This document shows positions 35,930 to 51,354 of a stretch of DNA of 64,000 bases, piece after piece. The DNA lies in the NCBI RefSeq assembly GCF_003334785.1, contig NZ_QOWV01000001.1; one strand, written 5' to 3'. Below the pieces are notes generated by a model. That model saw only the letters and a list, made by a program, of their open reading frames with translations. It was not told the DNA's origin and did no database searches. The translations under genes and the position numbers were made by a program. Numbering within the stretch: the stretch's first letter is position 1; every line of letters begins with the position of its first letter. The DNA is from Escherichia coli (GTDB lineage: Bacteria > Pseudomonadota > Gammaproteobacteria > Enterobacterales > Enterobacteriaceae).

Positions 35930-36469
35930 ATGAAAAAAAGTGTATTGACGGCGTTTATAACTGTGGTATGTGCAACGTCCAGCGTTATGGCTGCTGATGA
36001 TAATGCTATCACGGATGGCTCAGTAACATTTAATGGTAAAGTTATTGCTCCAGCTTGTACCCTGGTAGCTGCGACGAAAGATTCCGTGGTGACTTTGCCA
36101 GATGTTAGTGCCACGAAGTTGCAAACCAATGGTCAGGTTTCTGGCGTGCAAATTGATGTGCCAATTGAATTAAAAGATTGTGATACTACCGTAACAAAAA
36201 ATGCAACGTTCACCTTTAATGGCACTGCGGATACTACTCAGATTACAGCGTTTGCTAACCAGGCCTCATCTGATGCTGCTACAAACGTGGCCCTGCAAAT
36301 GTATATGAATGATGGTACAACGGCCATCACGCCAGACACAGAAACCGGGAACATTTTGTTGCAGGATGGAGATCAGACGTTGACTTTTAAAGTTGATTAT
36401 ATCGCTACGGGGAAAGCGACTTCAGGTAATGTGAATGCGGTAACAAATTTCCATATTAACTATTATTAA
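35930..36469 (+). CDS. elfA: fimbrial major subunit (chaperone-usher pilin)
   Basis: 179-aa product with signal peptide MKKSVLTAFITVVCATSSVMA and pilin-like C-terminus; start at ATG 35930. Confidence 0.85.
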   Translation: MKKSVLTAFITVVCATSSVMAADDNAITDGSVTFNGKVIAPACTLVAATKDSVVTLPDVSATKLQTNGQVSGVQIDVPIELKDCDTTVTKNATFTFNGTADTTQITAFANQASSDAATNVALQMYMNDGTTAITPDTETGNILLQDGDQTLTFKVDYIATGKATSGNVNAVTNFHINYY

Positions 36470-36551
36470 TAGAACTCATTAATTGTTTTATTAATTAGTA
36501 CCCCTCCAGTGTTCTGGAGGGGATATTCATATTTTTTAAGAGTGACTATTT

Positions 36552-37253
36552 ATGAAAACTTGCATAACAAAGGGAATTGTGACCGTAAGTTTAACGGCAA
36601 TATTACTCAGCTGCTCATCCGCATGGGCGGCAGGTAAAGGCGGGATTGGACTTGCAGCAACACGTCTTGTTTATTCAGAAGGTGAAGAGCAAATTTCACT
36701 GGGTGTACGTAACACCAGTCCGGATGTTCCTTATCTTATTCAGTCATGGGTGATGACCCCAGATAATAAAAAATCAGCAGACTTTATTATTACACCACCG
36801 CTATTTGTGCTGAATCCGGCAAATGAGAATCTGTTACGCATTATGTACATTGGAGCGCCGTTGGCGAAAGACAGAGAAACCCTTTTCTTCACTAGCGTAC
36901 GGGCAGTCCCTTCAACAACGAAGCGGAAAGAGGGAAATACCCTGAAGATTGCCACACAAAGCGTCATCAAACTTTTCTGGCGACCAAAAGGTTTAGCGTA
37001 TCCCTTAGGCGAGGCTCCGGCGAAACTGCGTTGCACTTCGTCAGCTGACATGGTTACGGTCAGTAACCCAACACCTTATTTCATTACCCTGACAGACCTG
37101 AAAATAGGTGGAAAAGTAGTTAAAAATCAAATGATTTCCCCCTTTGATAAATACCAATTTTCTCTGCCAAAGGGGGCCAAAAATAGCAGCGTAACGTATC
37201 GAACCATCAATGACTACGGGGCGGAAACGCCGCAACTCAACTGTAAATCGTAA
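36552..37253 (+). CDS. elfD: periplasmic fimbrial chaperone (PapD-like)
   Basis: 233-aa ORF with signal peptide; chaperone-type fold inferred from position and length. Confidence 0.85.
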   Translation: MKTCITKGIVTVSLTAILLSCSSAWAAGKGGIGLAATRLVYSEGEEQISLGVRNTSPDVPYLIQSWVMTPDNKKSADFIITPPLFVLNPANENLLRIMYIGAPLAKDRETLFFTSVRAVPSTTKRKEGNTLKIATQSVIKLFWRPKGLAYPLGEAPAKLRCTSSADMVTVSNPTPYFITLTDLKIGGKVVKNQMISPFDKYQFSLPKGAKNSSVTYRTINDYGAETPQLNCKS

Positions 37254-37277
37254 GCCGTCTTCAGTTAAGAGAGCGAG

Positions 37278-40973
<3,696 letters not shown>

Positions 40974-40984
40974 CGCGTGAACGT

Positions 40985-41527
40985 ATGAAGAAAAAAACGA
41001 TATTTCAGTGCGTTATCTTGTTCTTTAGCATTCTTAACATCCATGTCGGGATGGCTGGGCCTGAACAAGTTAGTATGCATATTTATGGGAATGTGGTCGA
41101 TCAGGGCTGTGATGTCGCCACCAAAAGTGCATTACAAAATATTCATATTGGTGATTTTAATATCAGTGATTTTCAGGCCGCGAATACCGTAAGCACTGCT
41201 GCTGATTTGAATATCGATATCACCGGTTGTGCCGCTGGTATTACTGGCGCGGACGTCCTTTTTAGCGGCGAGGCTGACACCCTTGCGCCGACACTGCTCA
41301 AACTAACTGACACAGGCGGAAGCGGTGGTATGGCAACGGGGATTGCCGTGCAAATTCTTGATGCGCAAAGTCAGCAAGAAATCCCGCTCAATCAGGTCCA
41401 GCCTCTTACGCCCTTAAAAGCCGGGGATAACACACTCAAATATCAACTTCGTTATAAGTCCACAAAGGCGGGAGCAACGGGCGGTAATGCGACGGCGGTT
41501 CTCTATTTTGATCTGGTTTACCAGTGA
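40985..41527 (+). CDS. ycbU: fimbrial-like subunit
   Basis: 180-aa ORF with signal peptide and pilin-like C-terminus (...AVLYFDLVYQ). Confidence 0.8.
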   Translation: MKKKTIFQCVILFFSILNIHVGMAGPEQVSMHIYGNVVDQGCDVATKSALQNIHIGDFNISDFQAANTVSTAADLNIDITGCAAGITGADVLFSGEADTLAPTLLKLTDTGGSGGMATGIAVQILDAQSQQEIPLNQVQPLTPLKAGDNTLKYQLRYKSTKAGATGGNATAVLYFDLVYQ

Positions 41528-41534
41528 AGGAGTG

Positions 41535-42050
41535 ATGTTGAAACGGATAATCTGGATTCTGTTCTTATTGGGATTAACGTGGGGCTGTGAGCTATTTGCC
41601 CATGATGGCACGGTCAACATTAGCGGATCGTTTCGCCGTAATACATGCGTGCTGGCACAGGATAGCAAGCAAATCAATGTGCAGTTAGGCGATGTCTCGC
41701 TGACACGTTTTTCTCATGGGAATTATGGCCCGGAGAAATCTTTCATCATTAATTTGCAGGATTGCGGAACAGATGTCAGCACGGTTGACGTCACCTTTTC
41801 AGGAACCCCCGACGGAGTGCAGAGCGAAATGTTGTCCATTGAAAGTGGTACGGATGCAGCCAGCGGGCTGGCAATTGCGATTCTGGATGATGCGAAGATA
41901 TTGATTCCGCTTAACCAGGCGAGTAAAGACTACAGCCTACATAGCGGTAAGGTGCCATTAACTTTTTATGCGCAATTGCGACCTGTCAATAGCGATGTGC
42001 AGTCGGGTAAAGTGAATGCCAGCGCGACATTTGTACTTCATTATGACTAA
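41535..42050 (+). CDS. ycbV: fimbrial-like subunit
   Basis: 171-aa product from ATG 41535; pilin-like C-terminus (...ATFVLHYD). Confidence 0.8.
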   Translation: MLKRIIWILFLLGLTWGCELFAHDGTVNISGSFRRNTCVLAQDSKQINVQLGDVSLTRFSHGNYGPEKSFIINLQDCGTDVSTVDVTFSGTPDGVQSEMLSIESGTDAASGLAIAILDDAKILIPLNQASKDYSLHSGKVPLTFYAQLRPVNSDVQSGKVNASATFVLHYD

Positions 42051-42753
42051 TACGTGGAACAGATTGGCGCTCTTGATTTTCGCCGTTTTATCGCTGCTGG
42101 TGGCGGGTGAATTGCAGGCAGGAGTGGTGGTCGGCGGAACGCGATTTATCTTTCCGGCAGACAGAGAATCGATATCTATTTTACTGACTAATACCAGTCA
42201 GGAATCCTGGCTTATTAACAGTAAAATCAACCGCCCAACGCGTTGGGCCGGGGGGGAAGCGTCGACAGTGCCAGCACCATTACTGGCCGCTCCGCCACTT
42301 ATTCTCCTGAAGCCCGGTACGACAGGCACGTTGCGCTTGCTGAGAACGGAAAGCGACATCTTGCCTGTGGATCGCGAAACGCTATTTGAGTTAAGCATTG
42401 CCAGCGTGCCATCCGGCAAAGTTGAAAATCAGAGCGTAAAAGTGGCGATGCGCTCGGTATTTAAACTGTTCTGGCGACCCGAAGGTTTGCCGGGCGACCC
42501 GCTGGAAGCTTATCAACAATTACGCTGGACACGGAATTCGCAGGGTGTACAACTCACTAACCCAACGCCTTATTACATTAACCTGATTCAGGTGAGTGTA
42601 AATGGTAAAGCGTTAAGTAATGTGGGAGTTGTGCCGCCTAAAAGCCAGCGTCAGACAAGCTGGTGTCAGGCAATCGCACCGTGTCATGTCGCCTGGCGGG
42701 CGATAAATGATTACGGCGGGTTGAGTGCAAAGAAGGAGCAAAATCTGCCCTGA
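42043..42753 (+). CDS. ycbF: second periplasmic fimbrial chaperone-like protein
   Basis: 236-aa product from ATG 42043 with signal peptide; resembles elfD-type chaperones (FKLFWRPEGL motif shared with ElfD FKLFWRPKGL). Confidence 0.8.
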   Translation: MTNTWNRLALLIFAVLSLLVAGELQAGVVVGGTRFIFPADRESISILLTNTSQESWLINSKINRPTRWAGGEASTVPAPLLAAPPLILLKPGTTGTLRLLRTESDILPVDRETLFELSIASVPSGKVENQSVKVAMRSVFKLFWRPEGLPGDPLEAYQQLRWTRNSQGVQLTNPTPYYINLIQVSVNGKALSNVGVVPPKSQRQTSWCQAIAPCHVAWRAINDYGGLSAKKEQNLP

Positions 42754-42761
42754 AACAGGTT

Positions 42762-42777
42762 CGGAAAACGTTTGCGT
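42762..42777 (+). promoter_or_regulatory. candidate PurR operator (PUR box) upstream of pyrD
   Basis: cggaaaacgtttgcgt resembles the PUR-box consensus ACGCAAACGTTTGCGT (right half perfect); pyrD is a known PurR regulon member. Confidence 0.55.
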
Positions 42778-42799
42778 TTTTTTTGCCGCAGGTCAATTC

Positions 42800-42863
42800 C
42801 CTTTTGGTCCGAACTCGCACATAATACGCCCCCGGTTTGCACACCGGGAATCCAGGAGAGTTC
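42800..42863 (+). promoter_or_regulatory. pyrD leader with GC hairpin (cccgg-tttgcaca-ccggg) just 5' of the SD aggagag
   Basis: Inverted repeat read directly; consistent with reported start-site-switching translational control of pyrD. Confidence 0.4.
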
Positions 42864-43874
42864 ATGTACTACCCCTTCGTTCGTAAAGCCCTTTTCCAGC
42901 TCGATCCAGAGCGCGCTCATGAGTTTACTTTTCAGCAATTACGCCGTATTACAGGAACGCCGTTTGAAGCACTGGTGCGGCAGAAAGTGCCTGCGAAACC
43001 TGTTAACTGCATGGGCCTGACGTTTAAAAATCCGCTTGGTCTGGCAGCCGGTCTTGATAAAGACGGGGAGTGCATTGACGCGTTAGGCGCGATGGGATTT
43101 GGATCGATCGAGATCGGTACCGTCACGCCACGTCCACAGCCAGGTAATGACAAGCCGCGTCTCTTTCGTCTGGTAGATGCCGAAGGTTTGATCAACCGTA
43201 TGGGCTTTAATAATCTTGGCGTTGATAACCTCGTAGAGAACGTAAAAAAGGCCCATTATGACGGCGTCCTGGGTATTAACATCGGCAAAAATAAAGATAC
43301 GCCAGTGGAGCAGGGCAAAGATGACTATCTGATTTGTATGGAAAAAATCTATGCCTATGCGGGATATATCGCCATCAATATTTCATCGCCGAATACCCCA
43401 GGATTACGCACGCTGCAATATGGTGAAGCGCTGGATGATCTCTTAACCGCGATTAAAAATAAGCAAAATGATTTGCAAGCGATGCACCATAAATATGTGC
43501 CGATCGCAGTGAAGATCGCGCCGGATCTTTCTGAAGAAGAATTGATCCAGGTTGCCGATAGTTTAGTTCGCCATAATATTGATGGCGTTATTGCAACCAA
43601 TACCACACTCGATCGTTCTCTTGTTCAGGGAATGAAAAATTGCGATCAAACCGGTGGCTTAAGTGGTCGTCCGCTTCAGTTAAAAAGCACCGAAATTATT
43701 CGCCGCTTGTCACTGGAATTAAACGGTCGCTTACCGATCATCGGTGTTGGCGGCATCGACTCGGTTATCGCTGCGCGTGAAAAGATTGCTGCGGGTGCCT
43801 CACTGGTGCAAATTTATTCTGGTTTTATTTTTAAAGGTCCGCCGCTGATTAAAGAAATCGTTACCCATATCTAA
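42864..43874 (+). CDS. pyrD: dihydroorotate dehydrogenase (quinone), class 2
   Basis: 336-aa product from ATG 42864 ([21 protein letters not shown]...). Confidence 0.96.
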
Positions 43875-43906
43875 TTATTTCTTCGAATTCCTCTTTATAA
43901 GATAAT

Positions 43907-43936
43907 CAGGGCTTTATTTTCAGCCCTGGTTGTTTT
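43907..43936 (+). terminator. rho-independent terminator of pyrD
   Basis: Hairpin cagggc-tttatttt-cagccctg followed by gttgtttt. Confidence 0.65.
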
Positions 43937-44047
43937 ATATTCATCGCTGTTGCTTATTTAGACATTTTGTACTTTTATTGTTGAGGTTATTAAGCGAAGC
44001 GACAATGGATTGTGTTGCTGCGGTTTTATAGGGTAGGGGAGAGGCAG

Positions 44048-44590
44048 ATGCGAATTAAACCAGACGATAACTGGCGTTGGTATTACGATGAAGAGCACGA
44101 TCGAATGATGCTCGATTTAGCCAATGGTATGCTATTTCGCTCACGTTTTGCGCGCAAGATGTTGACTCCAGATGCCTTTTCTCCCGCAGGCTTTTGCGTT
44201 GACGACGCCGCGCTCTATTTCTCTTTTGAAGAAAAGTGCCGCGATTTTAATTTATCTAAAGAACAAAAAGCCGAACTGGTGCTGAATGCACTGGTAGCAA
44301 TTCGCTATCTCAAACCGCAAATGCCGAAAAGCTGGCATTTTGTTTCCCATGGTGAAATGTGGGTGCCCATGCCGGGCGATGCGGCCTGCGTTTGGTTGAG
44401 CGATACTCACGAGCAGGTCAATTTGCTGGTCGTTGAATCTGGCGAAAATGCCGCACTATGCCTGCTGGCACAACCCTGCGTTGTTATTGCGGGTCGCGCG
44501 ATGCAGTTGGGCGACGCCATTAAAATCATGAACGACAGGCTGAAACCGCAGGTTAATGTTGACAGCTTCAGCCTCGAACAGGCAGTCTAA
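44048..44590 (+). CDS. zapC: FtsZ-associated cell division protein ZapC
   Basis: 180-aa product from ATG 44048 ([24 protein letters not shown]...). Confidence 0.88.
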
Positions 44591-45696
44591 CGCGCCAACT
44601 TAAGTGCAGTCTTCGGTACACAGCTACAGCAAAGAATGGTGCCATCATCGCCCATTGCTGATTTTTTCAGCGGCGTGACTTCGCCTTCTAAAAGCTGAAC
44701 ACGGCAACTTCCACAAATGCCCGCGCGGCAAGAATAAGGGATACGAATTCCCTGATTTTCTAATTGCTCCAGCAACACCTGTTGGTTATTTCCACGAAAT
44801 GCCTGTCCCTGCCAGTCAATATCTACATTTGCGTCCGGTTGTTGCGTGATGTTGGCGGTATCATCAGCGGCAGCTGCGCCGTAAATTTTTGCCGGAGCCG
44901 TTGCCAGAATTTCCACCTCATCGCCAACGCGAATCACGCCGCTATTACGGGCAATTAAATTCTGACCAAAATCGACATCGCCGTTATCCTGGGCAGTGCG
45001 GAAAGATTGCAATGTTTTTAATGGTTCGCCTGCCGGATGTTTTTGCCCTTTTTCTGGGCTGACGGTGGTGAAAATACAGCGGCTACAAGGTTTAACCACA
45101 TCAAACACCACATCACCAATGCGAATCACTTTCCAGCGATCTTCTTCCCAGGCTGACGCGCCGGAAACCACCAGATTGGGGCGGAATTGCTCCATTTTTA
45201 CACTGGCCGGACAACGTTGTTGGAGATCACGTAACGAGGCTTCGTTAGCAAGAAGGTAAGGATAGCCATCAGCAAATGACAGAGGTACAGTGTTGTGGCG
45301 TTTCACGCGCCGGGTCATTTGTGGCCCCACCCAGCGTAATTGCACTTCGCGGGAGAAAAATCCACTTAGCCATTTGTTGATCGCGTCTGGCGCAATTCGC
45401 GCGGTAAAATGTGTGCCCCAAACTTCGGTTGGTGCGTCTTGTGTGGCGAAATCAGCAAAACGAACATATGCGCTACTGCCATCTGGTGCGGTGAGATGCA
45501 AGCCATCATGCACAGGTGAAGGAGTAAACCGTACCATCTGGGGAAACTGGCGAGCGGTAATAAACGTACCGTCAGGTTCCGTGATCATAAAGATGCGATC
45601 GAAGGCCAGACCACTGACATCTGCCAGAGCATGTGTAAGACCAATGCCGCGCATCGATTTAACAGGATGAATAAAAAGCCGGATTAATGTCGCCAC
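44587..45696 (-). CDS. ycbX: MOSC-domain protein with C-terminal 2Fe-2S ferredoxin domain
   Basis: 369-aa ORF; C-terminal cysteine cluster CRAGICGSC...C; 3' end overlaps zapC stop. Confidence 0.88.
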
Positions 45697-45939
45697 GGTG
45701 CGGTCCTCAAATGAAAATAAGCCCTCAACTTTATGACATGACGCGCTTATTAGCTATAATGCGCAACAATTTTCTTAGCGCCTGTCCCATTAGGCTATTT
45801 TATTTGTCAGTTTGGCCCTGGGTTATGCTCGAAATCCTCACGTACTTGTGTACGCTCCGGTTTCTCCGCGCTGTCCATGTCCAGACTGACTGCAACAATT
45901 ACGCCTACTGCGGTAGGCTCTTAGAGTAAAAGTGACGAT

Positions 45940-48048
45940 ATGAATTCTCTGTTTGCCAGTACGGCCCGTGGGCTGGAAGAGCTGTTAAAAACTGAACTGG
46001 AAAACCTGGGGGCCGTTGAATGCCAGGTGGTTCAGGGTGGGGTCCATTTCAAGGGCGACACACGGCTTGTTTACCAGAGCCTGATGTGGAGCCGCCTGGC
46101 CTCGCGTATTATGTTGCCGCTGGGCGAGTGTAAGGTTTACAGCGATTTAGACCTCTATCTCGGTGTTCAGGCGATCAACTGGACAGAGATGTTTAATCCT
46201 GGCGCGACCTTCGCTGTCCACTTCAGTGGTTTGAATGACACCATCCGCAACAGTCAGTACGGCGCGATGAAAGTGAAAGACGCGATCGTCGATGCTTTCA
46301 CGCGGAAAAATCTGCCGCGTCCAAATGTTGATCGCGATGCGCCGGATATCCGCGTTAACGTCTGGCTGCATAAAGAAACCGCCAGTATCGCTCTTGATCT
46401 GAGTGGTGATGGTTTACATCTGCGTGGCTATCGCGATCGTGCTGGTATTGCGCCGATCAAAGAAACCCTGGCAGCCGCTATTGTGATGCGATCCGGCTGG
46501 CAGCCAGGAACACCGCTGCTCGATCCGATGTGTGGTTCCGGTACGTTGCTGATTGAAGCAGCGATGCTGGCGACCGATCGCGCACCAGGCTTGCACCGTG
46601 GGCGTTGGGGCTTTAGCGGCTGGGCGCAGCATGATGAAGCTATCTGGCAGGAAGTGAAAGCGGAAGCGCAAACTCGCGCCCGTAAAGGCCTGGCTGAGTA
46701 TAGCTCTCATTTTTACGGTTCGGACAGCGACGCACGGGTGATTCAACGTGCACGCACTAACGCCCGTCTTGCGGGGATTGGTGAACTGATCACCTTTGAG
46801 GTGAAAGATGTCGCGCAACTGACCAATCCGCTGCCGAAAGGGCCGTACGGCACAGTGTTGAGCAACCCGCCATACGGGGAACGTCTGGACAGCGAACCGG
46901 CGCTGATTGCGCTGCATAGCCTGCTGGGTCGGATCATGAAAAACCAGTTTGGTGGCTGGAATCTCTCTTTGTTTAGTGCCTCGCCGGATCTGCTAAGCTG
47001 CTTGCAGCTGCGTGCAGACAAACAGTACAAGGCGAAAAACGGCCCGCTGGACTGCGTACAGAAAAATTACCACGTTGCCGAAAGCACTCCAGACAGCAAA
47101 CCGGCGATGGTAGCGGAAGACTACACCAACCGCCTGCGTAAGAACCTCAAAAAATTCGAGAAGTGGGCTCGCCAGGAAGGGATTGAATGTTACCGCCTGT
47201 ATGACGCCGATCTGCCAGAATATAACGTTGCCGTTGACCGTTATGCCGACTGGGTGGTGGTGCAGGAGTATGCGCCGCCAAAAACTATTGATGCTCACAA
47301 AGCGCGTCAGCGTCTGTTCGATATTATCGCTGCAACCATTTCGGTACTGGGGATTGCGCCAAACAAACTGGTGCTGAAAACCCGTGAACGCCAGAAGGGC
47401 AAAAACCAATACCAGAAACTGGGCGAGAAGGGCGAGTTTCTTGAAGTTACCGAATATAACGCTCACTTGTGGGTGAACCTGACGGATTATCTCGATACTG
47501 GTCTGTTCCTCGATCACCGCATCGCCCGTCGTATGCTCGGTCAGATGAGCAAAGGCAAAGATTTCCTCAACCTGTTCTCTTATACCGGCAGCGCCACCGT
47601 GCATGCGGGATTAGGCGGTGCACGCAGCACCACCACCGTGGATATGTCGCGTACTTATCTGGAATGGGCAGAACGCAACCTGCGTCTGAATGGCCTGACC
47701 GGGCGTGCGCATCGCCTGATTCAGGCCGATTGCCTGGCGTGGCTGCGTGAGGCAAATGAACAGTTCGATCTGATCTTTATCGATCCGCCAACCTTCTCTA
47801 ACTCAAAACGAATGGAAGATGCGTTTGATGTTCAGCGCGATCATCTGGCGCTGATGAAAGATTTGAAACGTCTGCTGCGTGCAGGTGGGACGATCATGTT
47901 CTCGAACAACAAACGTGGCTTCCGTATGGATCTCGACGGCCTGGCAAAACTGGGACTGAAAGCACAAGAAATTACGCAAAAAACGCTCTCCCAGGATTTC
48001 GCCCGTAACCGCCAGATCCACAACTGCTGGCTGATTACCGCAGCCTGA
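45940..48048 (+). CDS. rlmL: bifunctional 23S rRNA methyltransferase (m2G2445 / m7G2069)
   Basis: 702-aa two-domain ORF with methyltransferase motifs LDPMCGSGT and DPPTFS. Confidence 0.93.
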   Translation: MNSLFASTARGLEELLKTELENLGAVECQVVQGGVHFKGDTRLVYQSLMWSRLASRIMLPLGECKVYSDLDLYLGVQAINWTEMFNPGATFAVHFSGLNDTIRNSQYGAMKVKDAIVDAFTRKNLPRPNVDRDAPDIRVNVWLHKETASIALDLSGDGLHLRGYRDRAGIAPIKETLAAAIVMRSGWQPGTPLLDPMCGSGTLLIEAAMLATDRAPGLHRGRWGFSGWAQHDEAIWQEVKAEAQTRARKGLAEYSSHFYGSDSDARVIQRARTNARLAGIGELITFEVKDVAQLTNPLPKGPYGTVLSNPPYGERLDSEPALIALHSLLGRIMKNQFGGWNLSLFSASPDLLSCLQLRADKQYKAKNGPLDCVQKNYHVAESTPDSKPAMVAEDYTNRLRKNLKKFEKWARQEGIECYRLYDADLPEYNVAVDRYADWVVVQEYAPPKTIDAHKARQRLFDIIAATISVLGIAPNKLVLKTRERQKGKNQYQKLGEKGEFLEVTEYNAHLWVNLTDYLDTGLFLDHRIARRMLGQMSKGKDFLNLFSYTGSATVHAGLGGARSTTTVDMSRTYLEWAERNLRLNGLTGRAHRLIQADCLAWLREANEQFDLIFIDPPTFSNSKRMEDAFDVQRDHLALMKDLKRLLRAGGTIMFSNNKRGFRMDLDGLAKLGLKAQEITQKTLSQDFARNRQIHNCWLITAA

Positions 48049-48059
48049 AAGGAATAGTA

Positions 48060-49967
48060 ATGTCATTAATCAGTATGCATGGCGCATGGCTGTCGTTCAG
48101 CGACGCGCCGCTTCTCGATAACGCAGAACTGCATATCGAAGATAACGAACGTGTTTGTCTGGTGGGCCGCAACGGCGCAGGCAAATCGACGTTAATGAAA
48201 ATCCTCAACCGTGAACAAGGGCTGGATGACGGTCGCATTATTTACGAGCAAGATTTGATTGTAGCGCGTCTGCAACAGGATCCGCCGCGTAACGTTGAGG
48301 GTAGCGTTTATGATTTCGTTGCCGAAGGCATTGAAGAACAAGCGGAATATCTGAAACGCTATCACGATATTTCGCGCCTGGTGATGAACGACCCGAGCGA
48401 GAAAAATCTCAACGAACTGGCGAAGGTTCAGGAACAGCTGGATCACCACAACCTGTGGCAGCTGGAAAACCGCATCAACGAAGTGCTGGCGCAACTGGGG
48501 TTAGATCCTAACGTTGCGCTGTCGTCGCTTTCCGGCGGCTGGTTGCGTAAAGCGGCATTAGGACGCGCGCTGGTGAGTAATCCGCGCGTGCTGTTGCTTG
48601 ATGAACCGACAAACCACCTGGATATTGAAACCATCGACTGGCTGGAAGGGTTTTTGAAAACTTTCAACGGGACGATTATTTTCATCTCCCACGACCGTTC
48701 GTTTATCCGCAATATGGCGACGCGCATTGTTGATCTCGATCGCGGCAAGCTGGTGACCTATCCAGGGAATTACGACCAGTACCTGCTGGAAAAAGAAGAA
48801 GCCCTGCGCGTGGAAGAATTACAAAATGCCGAGTTCGATCGCAAACTGGCGCAGGAAGAGGTGTGGATCCGCCAGGGGATCAAAGCACGCCGTACCCGTA
48901 ATGAAGGCCGCGTACGCGCCCTGAAAGCGATGCGTCGCGAACGTGGTGAACGTCGCGAAGTGATGGGTACCGCAAAGATGCAGGTGGAAGAGGCCAGCCG
49001 CTCCGGTAAAATCGTTTTCGAAATGGAAGACGTTTGCTACCAGGTTAACGGTAAGCAACTGGTGAAAGATTTTTCTGCCCAGGTTCTACGTGGCGACAAA
49101 ATTGCCCTGATTGGTCCGAATGGGTGCGGCAAAACCACGCTGCTAAAACTGATGCTCGGTCAGCTTCAAGCGGACAGCGGGCGTATTCACGTTGGCACCA
49201 AACTGGAAGTGGCTTATTTCGATCAGCACCGCGCGGAACTGGATCCCGATAAAACGGTGATGGATAACCTTGCCGAAGGTAAGCAAGAGGTGATGGTTAA
49301 CGGCAAGCCACGCCACGTATTGGGCTATTTGCAGGACTTTCTGTTCCATCCGAAACGGGCGATGACGCCGGTACGTGCGCTTTCTGGCGGTGAGCGGAAC
49401 CGCTTGCTGCTGGCGCGTTTGTTCCTCAAACCAAGCAACTTATTGATTCTTGACGAACCGACCAACGATCTTGATGTCGAAACGCTGGAACTGCTGGAAG
49501 AACTGATCGACAGCTATCAGGGCACGGTATTGCTGGTTAGCCACGATCGTCAGTTTGTCGATAACACCGTTACAGAATGTTGGATCTTCGAAGGCGGCGG
49601 TAAAATTGGTCGTTATGTCGGCGGTTATCATGATGCCCGTGGTCAGCAAGAGCAGTATGTGGCGCTCAAACAGCCTGCGGTGAAAAAAACCGAAGAAGCC
49701 GCCGCGGCAAAAGCAGAAACTGTAAAACGCAGCAGTAGCAAACTAAGCTATAAATTGCAGCGCGAACTGGAGCAGCTACCGCAATTGCTCGAAGATCTGG
49801 AGGCGAAGCTGGAAGCCCTACAGACGCAAGTGGCGGATGCTTCCTTCTTCAGTCAGCCGCATGAGCAGACGCAAAAAGTGCTTGCTGATATGGCTGCTGC
49901 AGAGCAGGAGCTGGAGCAAGCCTTTGAACGCTGGGAGTATCTTGAAGCGTTAAAAAATGGTGGCTGA
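48060..49967 (+). CDS. uup: ABC-F family ATPase Uup (two tandem ABC domains, C-terminal coiled coil)
   Basis: 635-aa ORF with two Walker A motifs (GRNGAGKST, GPNGCGKTT), two LSGG signatures, no membrane domain. Confidence 0.95.
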   Translation: MSLISMHGAWLSFSDAPLLDNAELHIEDNERVCLVGRNGAGKSTLMKILNREQGLDDGRIIYEQDLIVARLQQDPPRNVEGSVYDFVAEGIEEQAEYLKRYHDISRLVMNDPSEKNLNELAKVQEQLDHHNLWQLENRINEVLAQLGLDPNVALSSLSGGWLRKAALGRALVSNPRVLLLDEPTNHLDIETIDWLEGFLKTFNGTIIFISHDRSFIRNMATRIVDLDRGKLVTYPGNYDQYLLEKEEALRVEELQNAEFDRKLAQEEVWIRQGIKARRTRNEGRVRALKAMRRERGERREVMGTAKMQVEEASRSGKIVFEMEDVCYQVNGKQLVKDFSAQVLRGDKIALIGPNGCGKTTLLKLMLGQLQADSGRIHVGTKLEVAYFDQHRAELDPDKTVMDNLAEGKQEVMVNGKPRHVLGYLQDFLFHPKRAMTPVRALSGGERNRLLLARLFLKPSNLLILDEPTNDLDVETLELLEELIDSYQGTVLLVSHDRQFVDNTVTECWIFEGGGKIGRYVGGYHDARGQQEQYVALKQPAVKKTEEAAAAKAETVKRSSSKLSYKLQRELEQLPQLLEDLEAKLEALQTQVADASFFSQPHEQTQKVLADMAAAEQELEQAFERWEYLEALKNGG

Positions 49968-50096
49968 TCGCAAAATAGTCGATTTAAACAGAGACAGCTG
50001 ACAACGGTAAAATTGCCTGATGAACTGGGTTTATCAGGCATGAAAACCAACACTTTGTTAGTCATCTGTAAAATAGCGCATCATTAAGGAGTACCA

Positions 50097-51350
50097 ATGT
50101 GCGAACATCATCATGCCGCGAAGCACATCCTGTGCTCGCAGTGTGACATGCTGGTGGCGTTACCGCGCCTTGAGCATGGTCAGAAAGCGGCATGTCCCCG
50201 GTGTGGCACAACGTTAACCGTGGCGTGGGATGCCCCTCGGCAGCGTCCCACCGCCTATGCGTTGGCTGCACTGTTCATGCTGTTGCTGTCCAACTTGTTT
50301 CCTTTTGTGAATATGAACGTTGCAGGAGTTACCAGTGAAATTACATTACTGGAAATTCCCGGCGTGCTTTTTTCTGAGGACTACGCCAGCCTCGGCACCT
50401 TTTTCCTGTTGTTTGTGCAACTGGTTCCCGCGTTTTGTCTGATAACCATTCTGTTACTGGTGAATCGCGCGGAATTACCGGTCCGTTTAAAAGAGCAACT
50501 GGCACGGGTGCTTTTTCAACTCAAAACCTGGGGAATGGCGGAGATTTTCCTCGCGGGTGTGCTGGTCAGTTTCGTTAAACTGATGGCTTACGGCAGCATT
50601 GGGGTAGGCAGCAGCTTTCTCCCCTGGTGTTTATTTTGTGTCCTGCAACTGCGCGCTTTTCAGTGCGTTGATCGTCGCTGGTTATGGGACGACATCGCCC
50701 CGATGCCAGAACTGCGCCAGCCGCTAAAACCAGGCGTCACGGGGATACGTCAGGGGCTGCGTTCGTGCTCCTGTTGTACGGCAATCCTTCCTGCTGATGA
50801 ACCCGTGTGCCCGCGTTGTAGTACCAAAGGGTACGTTCGGCGTAGAAACAGCCTGCAGTGGACACTCGCGCTGCTTGTAACGTCCATCATGCTGTATCTT
50901 CCGGCTAATATTTTGCCCATCATGGTGACGGATTTATTAGGCTCGAAGATGCCGTCGACGATTCTCGCTGGGGTCATTCTGTTATGGAGCGAAGGCTCTT
51001 ATCCCGTCGCTGCGGTGATCTTTCTGGCCAGTATTATGGTGCCAACGTTAAAGATGATCGCCATCGCGTGGCTGTGTTGGGATGCCAAAGGGCATGGCAA
51101 GCGCGACAGTGAAAGAATGCATTTGATTTATGAAGTTGTTGAGTTTGTAGGCCGCTGGTCGATGATTGACGTTTTCGTTATCGCGGTGCTCTCGGCGCTG
51201 GTGCGTATGGGAGGTTTAATGAGTATTTATCCGGCAATGGGTGCATTAATGTTTGCTTTAGTCGTCATAATGACAATGTTTTCTGCTATGACGTTTGACC
51301 CGCGTTTGTCGTGGGATCGTCAACCTGAATCAGAGCATGAGGAGTCCTGA
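50097..51350 (+). CDS. pqiA: paraquat-inducible inner membrane protein A
   Basis: 417-aa polytopic membrane protein with duplicated CxxC zinc-ribbon-like motifs. Confidence 0.9.
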   Translation: MCEHHHAAKHILCSQCDMLVALPRLEHGQKAACPRCGTTLTVAWDAPRQRPTAYALAALFMLLLSNLFPFVNMNVAGVTSEITLLEIPGVLFSEDYASLGTFFLLFVQLVPAFCLITILLLVNRAELPVRLKEQLARVLFQLKTWGMAEIFLAGVLVSFVKLMAYGSIGVGSSFLPWCLFCVLQLRAFQCVDRRWLWDDIAPMPELRQPLKPGVTGIRQGLRSCSCCTAILPADEPVCPRCSTKGYVRRRNSLQWTLALLVTSIMLYLPANILPIMVTDLLGSKMPSTILAGVILLWSEGSYPVAAVIFLASIMVPTLKMIAIAWLCWDAKGHGKRDSERMHLIYEVVEFVGRWSMIDVFVIAVLSALVRMGGLMSIYPAMGALMFALVVIMTMFSAMTFDPRLSWDRQPESEHEES

Positions 51351-51354
51351 CAGT

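Noticed and set aside
50015-50039. Inverted repeat gcctgat-N11-atcaggc after uup, considered as a terminator
   Set aside because: Large loop and no downstream T-run; more likely incidental or part of the pqiA promoter region.
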